The position numbers and the translations under genes were made by a program. Shown piece after piece: positions 15,001 to 33,000 of a stretch of DNA of 53,455 nt. The stretch is from Hydrurus foetidus. Its lineage: Eukaryota. Under the pieces are notes generated by a model. The model was not told the origin of the DNA, did not search any database, and was given only the letters and a program-made list of their open reading frames with translations. Each line of letters opens with the position of its first letter. Positions within the stretch are counted from its first letter, which is position 1. The stretch lies in contig UYFQ01000156.1 of assembly GCA_900617105.1 (NCBI GenBank), forward strand, positions 1 through 53,455, written 5' to 3'.

Positions 15001-18000
15001 AAGCTCTTAATCATACTTAACATGATCGGTAGAAGTTATTTACAACATATACACCATATTACGACTTAAATAGGAGTTTTGTGTACCTGCGAGGTTGTAT
15101 AACTAACTAACTACGTGTAGATATGATGAGCTACATTGCAAATATTGTTTGTACATATGTGGAGTATACGATACAAGCTCTTAATCATACTTAACATGAT
15201 CGGTAGAAGTTATTTACAACATATACACCATATTACGACTTAAATAGGAGTTTTGTGTACCTGCGAGGTTGTATAACTAACTAACTACGTGTAGATATGA
15301 TGAGCTACATTGCAAATATTGTTTGTACATATGTGGAGTATACGATACAAGCTCTTAATCATACTTAACATGATCGGTAGAAGTTATTTACAACATATAC
15401 ACCATATTACGACTTAAATAGGAGTTTTGTGTACCTGCGAGGTTGTATAACTAACTAACTACGTGTAGATATGATGAGCTACATTGCAAATATTGTTTGT
15501 ACATATGTGGAGTATACGATACAAGCTCTTAATCATACTTAACATGATCGGTAGAAGTTATTTACAACATATACACCATATTACGACTTAAATAGGAGTT
15601 TTGTGTACCTGCGAGGTTGTATAACTAACTAACTACGTGTAGATATGATGAGCTACATTGCAAATATTGTTTGTACATATGTGGAGTATACGATACAAGC
15701 TCTTAATCATACTTAACATGATCGGTAGAAGTTATTTACAACATATACACCATATTACGACTTAAATAGGAGTTTTGTGTACCTGCGAGGTTGTATAACT
15801 AACTAACTACGTGTAGATATGATGAGCTACATTGCAAATATTGTTTGTACATATGTGGAGTATACGATACAAGCTCTTAATCATACTTAACATGATCGGT
15901 AGAAGTTATTTACAACATATACACCATATTACGACTTAAATAGGAGTTTTGTGTACCTGCGAGGTTGTATAACTAACTAACTACGTGTAGATATGATGAG
16001 CTACATTGCAAATATTGTTTGTACATATGTGGAGTATACGATACAAGCTCTTAATCATACTTAACATGATCGGTAGAAGTTATTTACAACATATACACCA
16101 TATTACGACTTAAATAGGAGTTTTGTGTACCTGCGAGGTTGTATAACTAACTAACTACGTGTAGATATGATGAGCTACATTGCAAATATTGTTTGTACAT
16201 ATGTGGAGTATACGATACAAGCTCTTAATCATACTTAACATGATCGGTAGAAGTTATTTACAACATATACACCATATTACGACTTAAATAGGAGTTTTGT
16301 GTACCTGCGAGGTTGTATAACTAACTAACTACGTGTAGATATGATGAGCTACATTGCAAATATTGTTTGTACATATGTGGAGTATACGATACAAGCTCTT
16401 AATCATACTTAACATGATCGGTAGAAGTTATTTACAACATATACACCATATTACGACTTAAATAGGAGTTTTGTGTACCTGCGAGGTTGTATAACTAACT
16501 AACTACGTGTAGATATGATGAGCTACATTGCAAATATTGTTTGTACATATGTGGAGTATACGATACAAGCTCTTAATCATACTTAACATGATCGGTAGAA
16601 GTTATTTACAACATATACACCATATTACGACTTAAATAGGAGTTTTGTGTACCTGCGAGGTTGTATAACTAACTAACTACGTGTAGATATGATGAGCTAC
16701 ATTGCAAATATTGTTTGTACATATGTGGAGTATACGATACAAGCTCTTAATCATACTTAACATGATCGGTAGAAGTTATTTACAACATATACACCATATT
16801 ACGACTTAAATAGGAGTTTTGTGTACCTGCGAGGTTGTATAACTAACTAACTACGTGTAGATATGATGAGCTACATTGCAAATATTGTTTGTACATATGT
16901 GGAGTATACGATACAAGCTCTTAATCATACTTAACATGATCGGTAGAAGTTATTTACAACATATACACCATATTACGACTTAAATAGGAGTTTTGTGTAC
17001 CTGCGAGGTTGTATAACTAACTAACTACGTGTAGATATGATGAGCTACATTGCAAATATTGTTTGTACATATGTGGAGTATACGATACAAGCTCTTAATC
17101 ATACTTAACATGATCGGTAGAAGTTATTTACAACATATACACCATATTACGACTTAAATAGGAGTTTTGTGTACCTGCGAGGTTGTATAACTAACTAACT
17201 ACGTGTAGATATGATGAGCTACATTGCAAATATTGTTTGTACATATGTGGAGTATACGATACAAGCTCTTAATCATACTTAACATGATCGGTAGAAGTTA
17301 TTTACAACATATACACCATATTACGACTTAAATAGGAGTTTTGTGTACCTGCGAGGTTGTATAACTAACTAACTACGTGTAGATATGATGAGCTACATTG
17401 CAAATATTGTTTGTACATATGTGGAGTATACGATACAAGCTCTTAATCATACTTAACATGATCGGTAGAAGTTATTTACAACATATACACCATATTACGA
17501 CTTAAATAGGAGTTTTGTGTACCTGCGAGGTTGTATAACTAACTAACTACGTGTAGATATGATGAGCTACATTGCAAATATTGTTTGTACATATGTGGAG
17601 TATACGATACAAGCTCTTAATCATACTTAACATGATCGGTAGAAGTTATTTACAACATATACACCATATTACGACTTAAATAGGAGTTTTGTGTACCTGC
17701 GAGGTTGTATAACTAACTAACTACGTGTAGATATGATGAGCTACATTGCAAATATTGTTTGTACATATGTGGAGTATACGATACAAGCTCTTAATCATAC
17801 TTAACATGATCGGTAGAAGTTATTTACAACATATACACCATATTACGACTTAAATAGGAGTTTTGTGTACCTGCGAGGTTGTATAACTAACTAACTACGT
17901 GTAGATATGATGAGCTACATTGCAAATATTGTTTGTACATATGTGGAGTATACGATACAAGCTCTTAATCATACTTAACATGATCGGTAGAAGTTATTTA

Positions 18001-21000
18001 CAACATATACACCATATTACGACTTAAATAGGAGTTTTGTGTACCTGCGAGGTTGTATAACTAACTAACTACGTGTAGATATGATGAGCTACATTGCAAA
18101 TATTGTTTGTACATATGTGGAGTATACGATACAAGCTCTTAATCATACTTAACATGATCGGTAGAAGTTATTTACAACATATACACCATATTACGACTTA
18201 AATAGGAGTTTTGTGTACCTGCGAGGTTGTATAACTAACTAACTACGTGTAGATATGATGAGCTACATTGCAAATATTGTTTGTACATATGTGGAGTATA
18301 CGATACAAGCTCTTAATCATACTTAACATGATCGGTAGAAGTTATTTACAACATATACACCATATTACGACTTAAATAGGAGTTTTGTGTACCTGCGAGG
18401 TTGTATAACTAACTAACTACGTGTAGATATGATGAGCTACATTGCAAATATTGTTTGTACATATGTGGAGTATACGATACAAGCTCTTAATCATACTTAA
18501 CATGATCGGTAGAAGTTATTTACAACATATACACCATATTACGACTTAAATAGGAGTTTTGTGTACCTGCGAGGTTGTATAACTAACTAACTACGTGTAG
18601 ATATGATGAGCTACATTGCAAATATTGTTTGTACATATGTGGAGTATACGATACAAGCTCTTAATCATACTTAACATGATCGGTAGAAGTTATTTACAAC
18701 ATATACACCATATTACGACTTAAATAGGAGTTTTGTGTACCTGCGAGGTTGTATAACTAACTAACTACGTGTAGATATGATGAGCTACATTGCAAATATT
18801 GTTTGTACATATGTGGAGTATACGATACAAGCTCTTAATCATACTTAACATGATCGGTAGAAGTTATTTACAACATATACACCATATTACGACTTAAATA
18901 GGAGTTTTGTGTACCTGCGAGGTTGTATAACTAACTAACTACGTGTAGATATGATGAGCTACATTGCAAATATTGTTTGTACATATGTGGAGTATACGAT
19001 ACAAGCTCTTAATCATACTTAACATGATCGGTAGAAGTTATTTACAACATATACACCATATTACGACTTAAATAGGAGTTTTGTGTACCTGCGAGGTTGT
19101 ATAACTAACTAACTACGTGTAGATATGATGAGCTACATTGCAAATATTGTTTGTACATATGTGGAGTATACGATACAAGCTCTTAATCATACTTAACATG
19201 ATCGGTAGAAGTTATTTACAACATATACACCATATTACGACTTAAATAGGAGTTTTGTGTACCTGCGAGGTTGTATAACTAACTAACTACGTGTAGATAT
19301 GATGAGCTACATTGCAAATATTGTTTGTACATATGTGGAGTATACGATACAAGCTCTTAATCATACTTAACATGATCGGTAGAAGTTATTTACAACATAT
19401 ACACCATATTACGACTTAAATAGGAGTTTTGTGTACCTGCGAGGTTGTATAACTAACTAACTACGTGTAGATATGATGAGCTACATTGCAAATATTGTTT
19501 GTACATATGTGGAGTATACGATACAAGCTCTTAATCATACTTAACATGATCGGTAGAAGTTATTTACAACATATACACCATATTACGACTTAAATAGGAG
19601 TTTTGTGTACCTGCGAGGTTGTATAACTAACTAACTACGTGTAGATATGATGAGCTACATTGCAAATATTGTTTGTACATATGTGGAGTATACGATACAA
19701 GCTCTTAATCATACTTAACATGATCGGTAGAAGTTATTTACAACATATACACCATATTACGACTTAAATAGGAGTTTTGTGTACCTGCGAGGTTGTATAA
19801 CTAACTAACTACGTGTAGATATGATGAGCTACATTGCAAATATTGTTTGTACATATGTGGAGTATACGATACAAGCTCTTAATCATACTTAACATGATCG
19901 GTAGAAGTTATTTACAACATATACACCATATTACGACTTAAATAGGAGTTTTGTGTACCTGCGAGGTTGTATAACTAACTAACTACGTGTAGATATGATG
20001 AGCTACATTGCAAATATTGTTTGTACATATGTGGAGTATACGATACAAGCTCTTAATCATACTTAACATGATCGGTAGAAGTTATTTACAACATATACAC
20101 CATATTACGACTTAAATAGGAGTTTTGTGTACCTGCGAGGTTGTATAACTAACTAACTACGTGTAGATATGATGAGCTACATTGCAAATATTGTTTGTAC
20201 ATATGTGGAGTATACGATACAAGCTCTTAATCATACTTAACATGATCGGTAGAAGTTATTTACAACATATACACCATATTACGACTTAAATAGGAGTTTT
20301 GTGTACCTGCGAGGTTGTATAACTAACTAACTACGTGTAGATATGATGAGCTACATTGCAAATATTGTTTGTACATATGTGGAGTATACGATACAAGCTC
20401 TTAATCATACTTAACATGATCGGTAGAAGTTATTTACAACATATACACCATATTACGACTTAAATAGGAGTTTTGTGTACCTGCGAGGTTGTATAACTAA
20501 CTAACTACGTGTAGATATGATGAGCTACATTGCAAATATTGTTTGTACATATGTGGAGTATACGATACAAGCTCTTAATCATACTTAACATGATCGGTAG
20601 AAGTTATTTACAACATATACACCATATTACGACTTAAATAGGAGTTTTGTGTACCTGCGAGGTTGTATAACTAACTAACTACGTGTAGATATGATGAGCT
20701 ACATTGCAAATATTGTTTGTACATATGTGGAGTATACGATACAAGCTCTTAATCATACTTAACATGATCGGTAGAAGTTATTTACAACATATACACCATA
20801 TTACGACTTAAATAGGAGTTTTGTGTACCTGCGAGGTTGTATAACTAACTAACTACGTGTAGATATGATGAGCTACATTGCAAATATTGTTTGTACATAT
20901 GTGGAGTATACGATACAAGCTCTTAATCATACTTAACATGATCGGTAGAAGTTATTTACAACATATACACCATATTACGACTTAAATAGGAGTTTTGTGT

Positions 21001-24000
21001 ACCTGCGAGGTTGTATAACTAACTAACTACGTGTAGATATGATGAGCTACATTGCAAATATTGTTTGTACATATGTGGAGTATACGATACAAGCTCTTAA
21101 TCATACTTAACATGATCGGTAGAAGTTATTTACAACATATACACCATATTACGACTTAAATAGGAGTTTTGTGTACCTGCGAGGTTGTATAACTAACTAA
21201 CTACGTGTAGATATGATGAGCTACATTGCAAATATTGTTTGTACATATGTGGAGTATACGATACAAGCTCTTAATCATACTTAACATGATCGGTAGAAGT
21301 TATTTACAACATATACACCATATTACGACTTAAATAGGAGTTTTGTGTACCTGCGAGGTTGTATAACTAACTAACTACGTGTAGATATGATGAGCTACAT
21401 TGCAAATATTGTTTGTACATATGTGGAGTATACGATACAAGCTCTTAATCATACTTAACATGATCGGTAGAAGTTATTTACAACATATACACCATATTAC
21501 GACTTAAATAGGAGTTTTGTGTACCTGCGAGGTTGTATAACTAACTAACTACGTGTAGATATGATGAGCTACATTGCAAATATTGTTTGTACATATGTGG
21601 AGTATACGATACAAGCTCTTAATCATACTTAACATGATCGGTAGAAGTTATTTACAACATATACACCATATTACGACTTAAATAGGAGTTTTGTGTACCT
21701 GCGAGGTTGTATAACTAACTAACTACGTGTAGATATGATGAGCTACATTGCAAATATTGTTTGTACATATGTGGAGTATACGATACAAGCTCTTAATCAT
21801 ACTTAACATGATCGGTAGAAGTTATTTACAACATATACACCATATTACGACTTAAATAGGAGTTTTGTGTACCTGCGAGGTTGTATAACTAACTAACTAC
21901 GTGTAGATATGATGAGCTACATTGCAAATATTGTTTGTACATATGTGGAGTATACGATACAAGCTCTTAATCATACTTAACATGATCGGTAGAAGTTATT
22001 TACAACATATACACCATATTACGACTTAAATAGGAGTTTTGTGTACCTGCGAGGTTGTATAACTAACTAACTACGTGTAGATATGATGAGCTACATTGCA
22101 AATATTGTTTGTACATATGTGGAGTATACGATACAAGCTCTTAATCATACTTAACATGATCGGTAGAAGTTATTTACAACATATACACCATATTACGACT
22201 TAAATAGGAGTTTTGTGTACCTGCGAGGTTGTATAACTAACTAACTACGTGTAGATATGATGAGCTACATTGCAAATATTGTTTGTACATATGTGGAGTA
22301 TACGATACAAGCTCTTAATCATACTTAACATGATCGGTAGAAGTTATTTACAACATATACACCATATTACGACTTAAATAGGAGTTTTGTGTACCTGCGA
22401 GGTTGTATAACTAACTAACTACGTGTAGATATGATGAGCTACATTGCAAATATTGTTTGTACATATGTGGAGTATACGATACAAGCTCTTAATCATACTT
22501 AACATGATCGGTAGAAGTTATTTACAACATATACACCATATTACGACTTAAATAGGAGTTTTGTGTACCTGCGAGGTTGTATAACTAACTAACTACGTGT
22601 AGATATGATGAGCTACATTGCAAATATTGTTTGTACATATGTGGAGTATACGATACAAGCTCTTAATCATACTTAACATGATCGGTAGAAGTTATTTACA
22701 ACATATACACCATATTACGACTTAAATAGGAGTTTTGTGTACCTGCGAGGTTGTATAACTAACTAACTACGTGTAGATATGATGAGCTACATTGCAAATA
22801 TTGTTTGTACATATGTGGAGTATACGATACAAGCTCTTAATCATACTTAACATGATCGGTAGAAGTTATTTACAACATATACACCATATTACGACTTAAA
22901 TAGGAGTTTTGTGTACCTGCGAGGTTGTATAACTAACTAACTACGTGTAGATATGATGAGCTACATTGCAAATATTGTTTGTACATATGTGGAGTATACG
23001 ATACAAGCTCTTAATCATACTTAACATGATCGGTAGAAGTTATTTACAACATATACACCATATTACGACTTAAATAGGAGTTTTGTGTACCTGCGAGGTT
23101 GTATAACTAACTAACTACGTGTAGATATGATGAGCTACATTGCAAATATTGTTTGTACATATGTGGAGTATACGATACAAGCTCTTAATCATACTTAACA
23201 TGATCGGTAGAAGTTATTTACAACATATACACCATATTACGACTTAAATAGGAGTTTTGTGTACCTGCGAGGTTGTATAACTAACTAACTACGTGTAGAT
23301 ATGATGAGCTACATTGCAAATATTGTTTGTACATATGTGGAGTATACGATACAAGCTCTTAATCATACTTAACATGATCGGTAGAAGTTATTTACAACAT
23401 ATACACCATATTACGACTTAAATAGGAGTTTTGTGTACCTGCGAGGTTGTATAACTAACTAACTACGTGTAGATATGATGAGCTACATTGCAAATATTGT
23501 TTGTACATATGTGGAGTATACGATACAAGCTCTTAATCATACTTAACATGATCGGTAGAAGTTATTTACAACATATACACCATATTACGACTTAAATAGG
23601 AGTTTTGTGTACCTGCGAGGTTGTATAACTAACTAACTACGTGTAGATATGATGAGCTACATTGCAAATATTGTTTGTACATATGTGGAGTATACGATAC
23701 AAGCTCTTAATCATACTTAACATGATCGGTAGAAGTTATTTACAACATATACACCATATTACGACTTAAATAGGAGTTTTGTGTACCTGCGAGGTTGTAT
23801 AACTAACTAACTACGTGTAGATATGATGAGCTACATTGCAAATATTGTTTGTACATATGTGGAGTATACGATACAAGCTCTTAATCATACTTAACATGAT
23901 CGGTAGAAGTTATTTACAACATATACACCATATTACGACTTAAATAGGAGTTTTGTGTACCTGCGAGGTTGTATAACTAACTAACTACGTGTAGATATGA

Positions 24001-27000
24001 TGAGCTACATTGCAAATATTGTTTGTACATATGTGGAGTATACGATACAAGCTCTTAATCATACTTAACATGATCGGTAGAAGTTATTTACAACATATAC
24101 ACCATATTACGACTTAAATAGGAGTTTTGTGTACCTGCGAGGTTGTATAACTAACTAACTACGTGTAGATATGATGAGCTACATTGCAAATATTGTTTGT
24201 ACATATGTGGAGTATACGATACAAGCTCTTAATCATACTTAACATGATCGGTAGAAGTTATTTACAACATATACACCATATTACGACTTAAATAGGAGTT
24301 TTGTGTACCTGCGAGGTTGTATAACTAACTAACTACGTGTAGATATGATGAGCTACATTGCAAATATTGTTTGTACATATGTGGAGTATACGATACAAGC
24401 TCTTAATCATACTTAACATGATCGGTAGAAGTTATTTACAACATATACACCATATTACGACTTAAATAGGAGTTTTGTGTACCTGCGAGGTTGTATAACT
24501 AACTAACTACGTGTAGATATGATGAGCTACATTGCAAATATTGTTTGTACATATGTGGAGTATACGATACAAGCTCTTAATCATACTTAACATGATCGGT
24601 AGAAGTTATTTACAACATATACACCATATTACGACTTAAATAGGAGTTTTGTGTACCTGCGAGGTTGTATAACTAACTAACTACGTGTAGATATGATGAG
24701 CTACATTGCAAATATTGTTTGTACATATGTGGAGTATACGATACAAGCTCTTAATCATACTTAACATGATCGGTAGAAGTTATTTACAACATATACACCA
24801 TATTACGACTTAAATAGGAGTTTTGTGTACCTGCGAGGTTGTATAACTAACTAACTACGTGTAGATATGATGAGCTACATTGCAAATATTGTTTGTACAT
24901 ATGTGGAGTATACGATACAAGCTCTTAATCATACTTAACATGATCGGTAGAAGTTATTTACAACATATACACCATATTACGACTTAAATAGGAGTTTTGT
25001 GTACCTGCGAGGTTGTATAACTAACTAACTACGTGTAGATATGATGAGCTACATTGCAAATATTGTTTGTACATATGTGGAGTATACGATACAAGCTCTT
25101 AATCATACTTAACATGATCGGTAGAAGTTATTTACAACATATACACCATATTACGACTTAAATAGGAGTTTTGTGTACCTGCGAGGTTGTATAACTAACT
25201 AACTACGTGTAGATATGATGAGCTACATTGCAAATATTGTTTGTACATATGTGGAGTATACGATACAAGCTCTTAATCATACTTAACATGATCGGTAGAA
25301 GTTATTTACAACATATACACCATATTACGACTTAAATAGGAGTTTTGTGTACCTGCGAGGTTGTATAACTAACTAACTACGTGTAGATATGATGAGCTAC
25401 ATTGCAAATATTGTTTGTACATATGTGGAGTATACGATACAAGCTCTTAATCATACTTAACATGATCGGTAGAAGTTATTTACAACATATACACCATATT
25501 ACGACTTAAATAGGAGTTTTGTGTACCTGCGAGGTTGTATAACTAACTAACTACGTGTAGATATGATGAGCTACATTGCAAATATTGTTTGTACATATGT
25601 GGAGTATACGATACAAGCTCTTAATCATACTTAACATGATCGGTAGAAGTTATTTACAACATATACACCATATTACGACTTAAATAGGAGTTTTGTGTAC
25701 CTGCGAGGTTGTATAACTAACTAACTACGTGTAGATATGATGAGCTACATTGCAAATATTGTTTGTACATATGTGGAGTATACGATACAAGCTCTTAATC
25801 ATACTTAACATGATCGGTAGAAGTTATTTACAACATATACACCATATTACGACTTAAATAGGAGTTTTGTGTACCTGCGAGGTTGTATAACTAACTAACT
25901 ACGTGTAGATATGATGAGCTACATTGCAAATATTGTTTGTACATATGTGGAGTATACGATACAAGCTCTTAATCATACTTAACATGATCGGTAGAAGTTA
26001 TTTACAACATATACACCATATTACGACTTAAATAGGAGTTTTGTGTACCTGCGAGGTTGTATAACTAACTAACTACGTGTAGATATGATGAGCTACATTG
26101 CAAATATTGTTTGTACATATGTGGAGTATACGATACAAGCTCTTAATCATACTTAACATGATCGGTAGAAGTTATTTACAACATATACACCATATTACGA
26201 CTTAAATAGGAGTTTTGTGTACCTGCGAGGTTGTATAACTAACTAACTACGTGTAGATATGATGAGCTACATTGCAAATATTGTTTGTACATATGTGGAG
26301 TATACGATACAAGCTCTTAATCATACTTAACATGATCGGTAGAAGTTATTTACAACATATACACCATATTACGACTTAAATAGGAGTTTTGTGTACCTGC
26401 GAGGTTGTATAACTAACTAACTACGTGTAGATATGATGAGCTACATTGCAAATATTGTTTGTACATATGTGGAGTATACGATACAAGCTCTTAATCATAC
26501 TTAACATGATCGGTAGAAGTTATTTACAACATATACACCATATTACGACTTAAATAGGAGTTTTGTGTACCTGCGAGGTTGTATAACTAACTAACTACGT
26601 GTAGATATGATGAGCTACATTGCAAATATTGTTTGTACATATGTGGAGTATACGATACAAGCTCTTAATCATACTTAACATGATCGGTAGAAGTTATTTA
26701 CAACATATACACCATATTACGACTTAAATAGGAGTTTTGTGTACCTGCGAGGTTGTATAACTAACTAACTACGTGTAGATATGATGAGCTACATTGCAAA
26801 TATTGTTTGTACATATGTGGAGTATACGATACAAGCTCTTAATCATACTTAACATGATCGGTAGAAGTTATTTACAACATATACACCATATTACGACTTA
26901 AATAGGAGTTTTGTGTACCTGCGAGGTTGTATAACTAACTAACTACGTGTAGATATGATGAGCTACATTGCAAATATTGTTTGTACATATGTGGAGTATA

Positions 27001-30000
27001 CGATACAAGCTCTTAATCATACTTAACATGATCGGTAGAAGTTATTTACAACATATACACCATATTACGACTTAAATAGGAGTTTTGTGTACCTGCGAGG
27101 TTGTATAACTAACTAACTACGTGTAGATATGATGAGCTACATTGCAAATATTGTTTGTACATATGTGGAGTATACGATACAAGCTCTTAATCATACTTAA
27201 CATGATCGGTAGAAGTTATTTACAACATATACACCATATTACGACTTAAATAGGAGTTTTGTGTACCTGCGAGGTTGTATAACTAACTAACTACGTGTAG
27301 ATATGATGAGCTACATTGCAAATATTGTTTGTACATATGTGGAGTATACGATACAAGCTCTTAATCATACTTAACATGATCGGTAGAAGTTATTTACAAC
27401 ATATACACCATATTACGACTTAAATAGGAGTTTTGTGTACCTGCGAGGTTGTATAACTAACTAACTACGTGTAGATATGATGAGCTACATTGCAAATATT
27501 GTTTGTACATATGTGGAGTATACGATACAAGCTCTTAATCATACTTAACATGATCGGTAGAAGTTATTTACAACATATACACCATATTACGACTTAAATA
27601 GGAGTTTTGTGTACCTGCGAGGTTGTATAACTAACTAACTACGTGTAGATATGATGAGCTACATTGCAAATATTGTTTGTACATATGTGGAGTATACGAT
27701 ACAAGCTCTTAATCATACTTAACATGATCGGTAGAAGTTATTTACAACATATACACCATATTACGACTTAAATAGGAGTTTTGTGTACCTGCGAGGTTGT
27801 ATAACTAACTAACTACGTGTAGATATGATGAGCTACATTGCAAATATTGTTTGTACATATGTGGAGTATACGATACAAGCTCTTAATCATACTTAACATG
27901 ATCGGTAGAAGTTATTTACAACATATACACCATATTACGACTTAAATAGGAGTTTTGTGTACCTGCGAGGTTGTATAACTAACTAACTACGTGTAGATAT
28001 GATGAGCTACATTGCAAATATTGTTTGTACATATGTGGAGTATACGATACAAGCTCTTAATCATACTTAACATGATCGGTAGAAGTTATTTACAACATAT
28101 ACACCATATTACGACTTAAATAGGAGTTTTGTGTACCTGCGAGGTTGTATAACTAACTAACTACGTGTAGATATGATGAGCTACATTGCAAATATTGTTT
28201 GTACATATGTGGAGTATACGATACAAGCTCTTAATCATACTTAACATGATCGGTAGAAGTTATTTACAACATATACACCATATTACGACTTAAATAGGAG
28301 TTTTGTGTACCTGCGAGGTTGTATAACTAACTAACTACGTGTAGATATGATGAGCTACATTGCAAATATTGTTTGTACATATGTGGAGTATACGATACAA
28401 GCTCTTAATCATACTTAACATGATCGGTAGAAGTTATTTACAACATATACACCATATTACGACTTAAATAGGAGTTTTGTGTACCTGCGAGGTTGTATAA
28501 CTAACTAACTACGTGTAGATATGATGAGCTACATTGCAAATATTGTTTGTACATATGTGGAGTATACGATACAAGCTCTTAATCATACTTAACATGATCG
28601 GTAGAAGTTATTTACAACATATACACCATATTACGACTTAAATAGGAGTTTTGTGTACCTGCGAGGTTGTATAACTAACTAACTACGTGTAGATATGATG
28701 AGCTACATTGCAAATATTGTTTGTACATATGTGGAGTATACGATACAAGCTCTTAATCATACTTAACATGATCGGTAGAAGTTATTTACAACATATACAC
28801 CATATTACGACTTAAATAGGAGTTTTGTGTACCTGCGAGGTTGTATAACTAACTAACTACGTGTAGATATGATGAGCTACATTGCAAATATTGTTTGTAC
28901 ATATGTGGAGTATACGATACAAGCTCTTAATCATACTTAACATGATCGGTAGAAGTTATTTACAACATATACACCATATTACGACTTAAATAGGAGTTTT
29001 GTGTACCTGCGAGGTTGTATAACTAACTAACTACGTGTAGATATGATGAGCTACATTGCAAATATTGTTTGTACATATGTGGAGTATACGATACAAGCTC
29101 TTAATCATACTTAACATGATCGGTAGAAGTTATTTACAACATATACACCATATTACGACTTAAATAGGAGTTTTGTGTACCTGCGAGGTTGTATAACTAA
29201 CTAACTACGTGTAGATATGATGAGCTACATTGCAAATATTGTTTGTACATATGTGGAGTATACGATACAAGCTCTTAATCATACTTAACATGATCGGTAG
29301 AAGTTATTTACAACATATACACCATATTACGACTTAAATAGGAGTTTTGTGTACCTGCGAGGTTGTATAACTAACTAACTACGTGTAGATATGATGAGCT
29401 ACATTGCAAATATTGTTTGTACATATGTGGAGTATACGATACAAGCTCTTAATCATACTTAACATGATCGGTAGAAGTTATTTACAACATATACACCATA
29501 TTACGACTTAAATAGGAGTTTTGTGTACCTGCGAGGTTGTATAACTAACTAACTACGTGTAGATATGATGAGCTACATTGCAAATATTGTTTGTACATAT
29601 GTGGAGTATACGATACAAGCTCTTAATCATACTTAACATGATCGGTAGAAGTTATTTACAACATATACACCATATTACGACTTAAATAGGAGTTTTGTGT
29701 ACCTGCGAGGTTGTATAACTAACTAACTACGTGTAGATATGATGAGCTACATTGCAAATATTGTTTGTACATATGTGGAGTATACGATACAAGCTCTTAA
29801 TCATACTTAACATGATCGGTAGAAGTTATTTACAACATATACACCATATTACGACTTAAATAGGAGTTTTGTGTACCTGCGAGGTTGTATAACTAACTAA
29901 CTACGTGTAGATATGATGAGCTACATTGCAAATATTGTTTGTACATATGTGGAGTATACGATACAAGCTCTTAATCATACTTAACATGATCGGTAGAAGT

Positions 30001-33000
30001 TATTTACAACATATACACCATATTACGACTTAAATAGGAGTTTTGTGTACCTGCGAGGTTGTATAACTAACTAACTACGTGTAGATATGATGAGCTACAT
30101 TGCAAATATTGTTTGTACATATGTGGAGTATACGATACAAGCTCTTAATCATACTTAACATGATCGGTAGAAGTTATTTACAACATATACACCATATTAC
30201 GACTTAAATAGGAGTTTTGTGTACCTGCGAGGTTGTATAACTAACTAACTACGTGTAGATATGATGAGCTACATTGCAAATATTGTTTGTACATATGTGG
30301 AGTATACGATACAAGCTCTTAATCATACTTAACATGATCGGTAGAAGTTATTTACAACATATACACCATATTACGACTTAAATAGGAGTTTTGTGTACCT
30401 GCGAGGTTGTATAACTAACTAACTACGTGTAGATATGATGAGCTACATTGCAAATATTGTTTGTACATATGTGGAGTATACGATACAAGCTCTTAATCAT
30501 ACTTAACATGATCGGTAGAAGTTATTTACAACATATACACCATATTACGACTTAAATAGGAGTTTTGTGTACCTGCGAGGTTGTATAACTAACTAACTAC
30601 GTGTAGATATGATGAGCTACATTGCAAATATTGTTTGTACATATGTGGAGTATACGATACAAGCTCTTAATCATACTTAACATGATCGGTAGAAGTTATT
30701 TACAACATATACACCATATTACGACTTAAATAGGAGTTTTGTGTACCTGCGAGGTTGTATAACTAACTAACTACGTGTAGATATGATGAGCTACATTGCA
30801 AATATTGTTTGTACATATGTGGAGTATACGATACAAGCTCTTAATCATACTTAACATGATCGGTAGAAGTTATTTACAACATATACACCATATTACGACT
30901 TAAATAGGAGTTTTGTGTACCTGCGAGGTTGTATAACTAACTAACTACGTGTAGATATGATGAGCTACATTGCAAATATTGTTTGTACATATGTGGAGTA
31001 TACGATACAAGCTCTTAATCATACTTAACATGATCGGTAGAAGTTATTTACAACATATACACCATATTACGACTTAAATAGGAGTTTTGTGTACCTGCGA
31101 GGTTGTATAACTAACTAACTACGTGTAGATATGATGAGCTACATTGCAAATATTGTTTGTACATATGTGGAGTATACGATACAAGCTCTTAATCATACTT
31201 AACATGATCGGTAGAAGTTATTTACAACATATACACCATATTACGACTTAAATAGGAGTTTTGTGTACCTGCGAGGTTGTATAACTAACTAACTACGTGT
31301 AGATATGATGAGCTACATTGCAAATATTGTTTGTACATATGTGGAGTATACGATACAAGCTCTTAATCATACTTAACATGATCGGTAGAAGTTATTTACA
31401 ACATATACACCATATTACGACTTAAATAGGAGTTTTGTGTACCTGCGAGGTTGTATAACTAACTAACTACGTGTAGATATGATGAGCTACATTGCAAATA
31501 TTGTTTGTACATATGTGGAGTATACGATACAAGCTCTTAATCATACTTAACATGATCGGTAGAAGTTATTTACAACATATACACCATATTACGACTTAAA
31601 TAGGAGTTTTGTGTACCTGCGAGGTTGTATAACTAACTAACTACGTGTAGATATGATGAGCTACATTGCAAATATTGTTTGTACATATGTGGAGTATACG
31701 ATACAAGCTCTTAATCATACTTAACATGATCGGTAGAAGTTATTTACAACATATACACCATATTACGACTTAAATAGGAGTTTTGTGTACCTGCGAGGTT
31801 GTATAACTAACTAACTACGTGTAGATATGATGAGCTACATTGCAAATATTGTTTGTACATATGTGGAGTATACGATACAAGCTCTTAATCATACTTAACA
31901 TGATCGGTAGAAGTTATTTACAACATATACACCATATTACGACTTAAATAGGAGTTTTGTGTACCTGCGAGGTTGTATAACTAACTAACTACGTGTAGAT
32001 ATGATGAGCTACATTGCAAATATTGTTTGTACATATGTGGAGTATACGATACAAGCTCTTAATCATACTTAACATGATCGGTAGAAGTTATTTACAACAT
32101 ATACACCATATTACGACTTAAATAGGAGTTTTGTGTACCTGCGAGGTTGTATAACTAACTAACTACGTGTAGATATGATGAGCTACATTGCAAATATTGT
32201 TTGTACATATGTGGAGTATACGATACAAGCTCTTAATCATACTTAACATGATCGGTAGAAGTTATTTACAACATATACACCATATTACGACTTAAATAGG
32301 AGTTTTGTGTACCTGCGAGGTTGTATAACTAACTAACTACGTGTAGATATGATGAGCTACATTGCAAATATTGTTTGTACATATGTGGAGTATACGATAC
32401 AAGCTCTTAATCATACTTAACATGATCGGTAGAAGTTATTTACAACATATACACCATATTACGACTTAAATAGGAGTTTTGTGTACCTGCGAGGTTGTAT
32501 AACTAACTAACTACGTGTAGATATGATGAGCTACATTGCAAATATTGTTTGTACATATGTGGAGTATACGATACAAGCTCTTAATCATACTTAACATGAT
32601 CGGTAGAAGTTATTTACAACATATACACCATATTACGACTTAAATAGGAGTTTTGTGTACCTGCGAGGTTGTATAACTAACTAACTACGTGTAGATATGA
32701 TGAGCTACATTGCAAATATTGTTTGTACATATGTGGAGTATACGATACAAGCTCTTAATCATACTTAACATGATCGGTAGAAGTTATTTACAACATATAC
32801 ACCATATTACGACTTAAATAGGAGTTTTGTGTACCTGCGAGGTTGTATAACTAACTAACTACGTGTAGATATGATGAGCTACATTGCAAATATTGTTTGT
32901 ACATATGTGGAGTATACGATACAAGCTCTTAATCATACTTAACATGATCGGTAGAAGTTATTTACAACATATACACCATATTACGACTTAAATAGGAGTT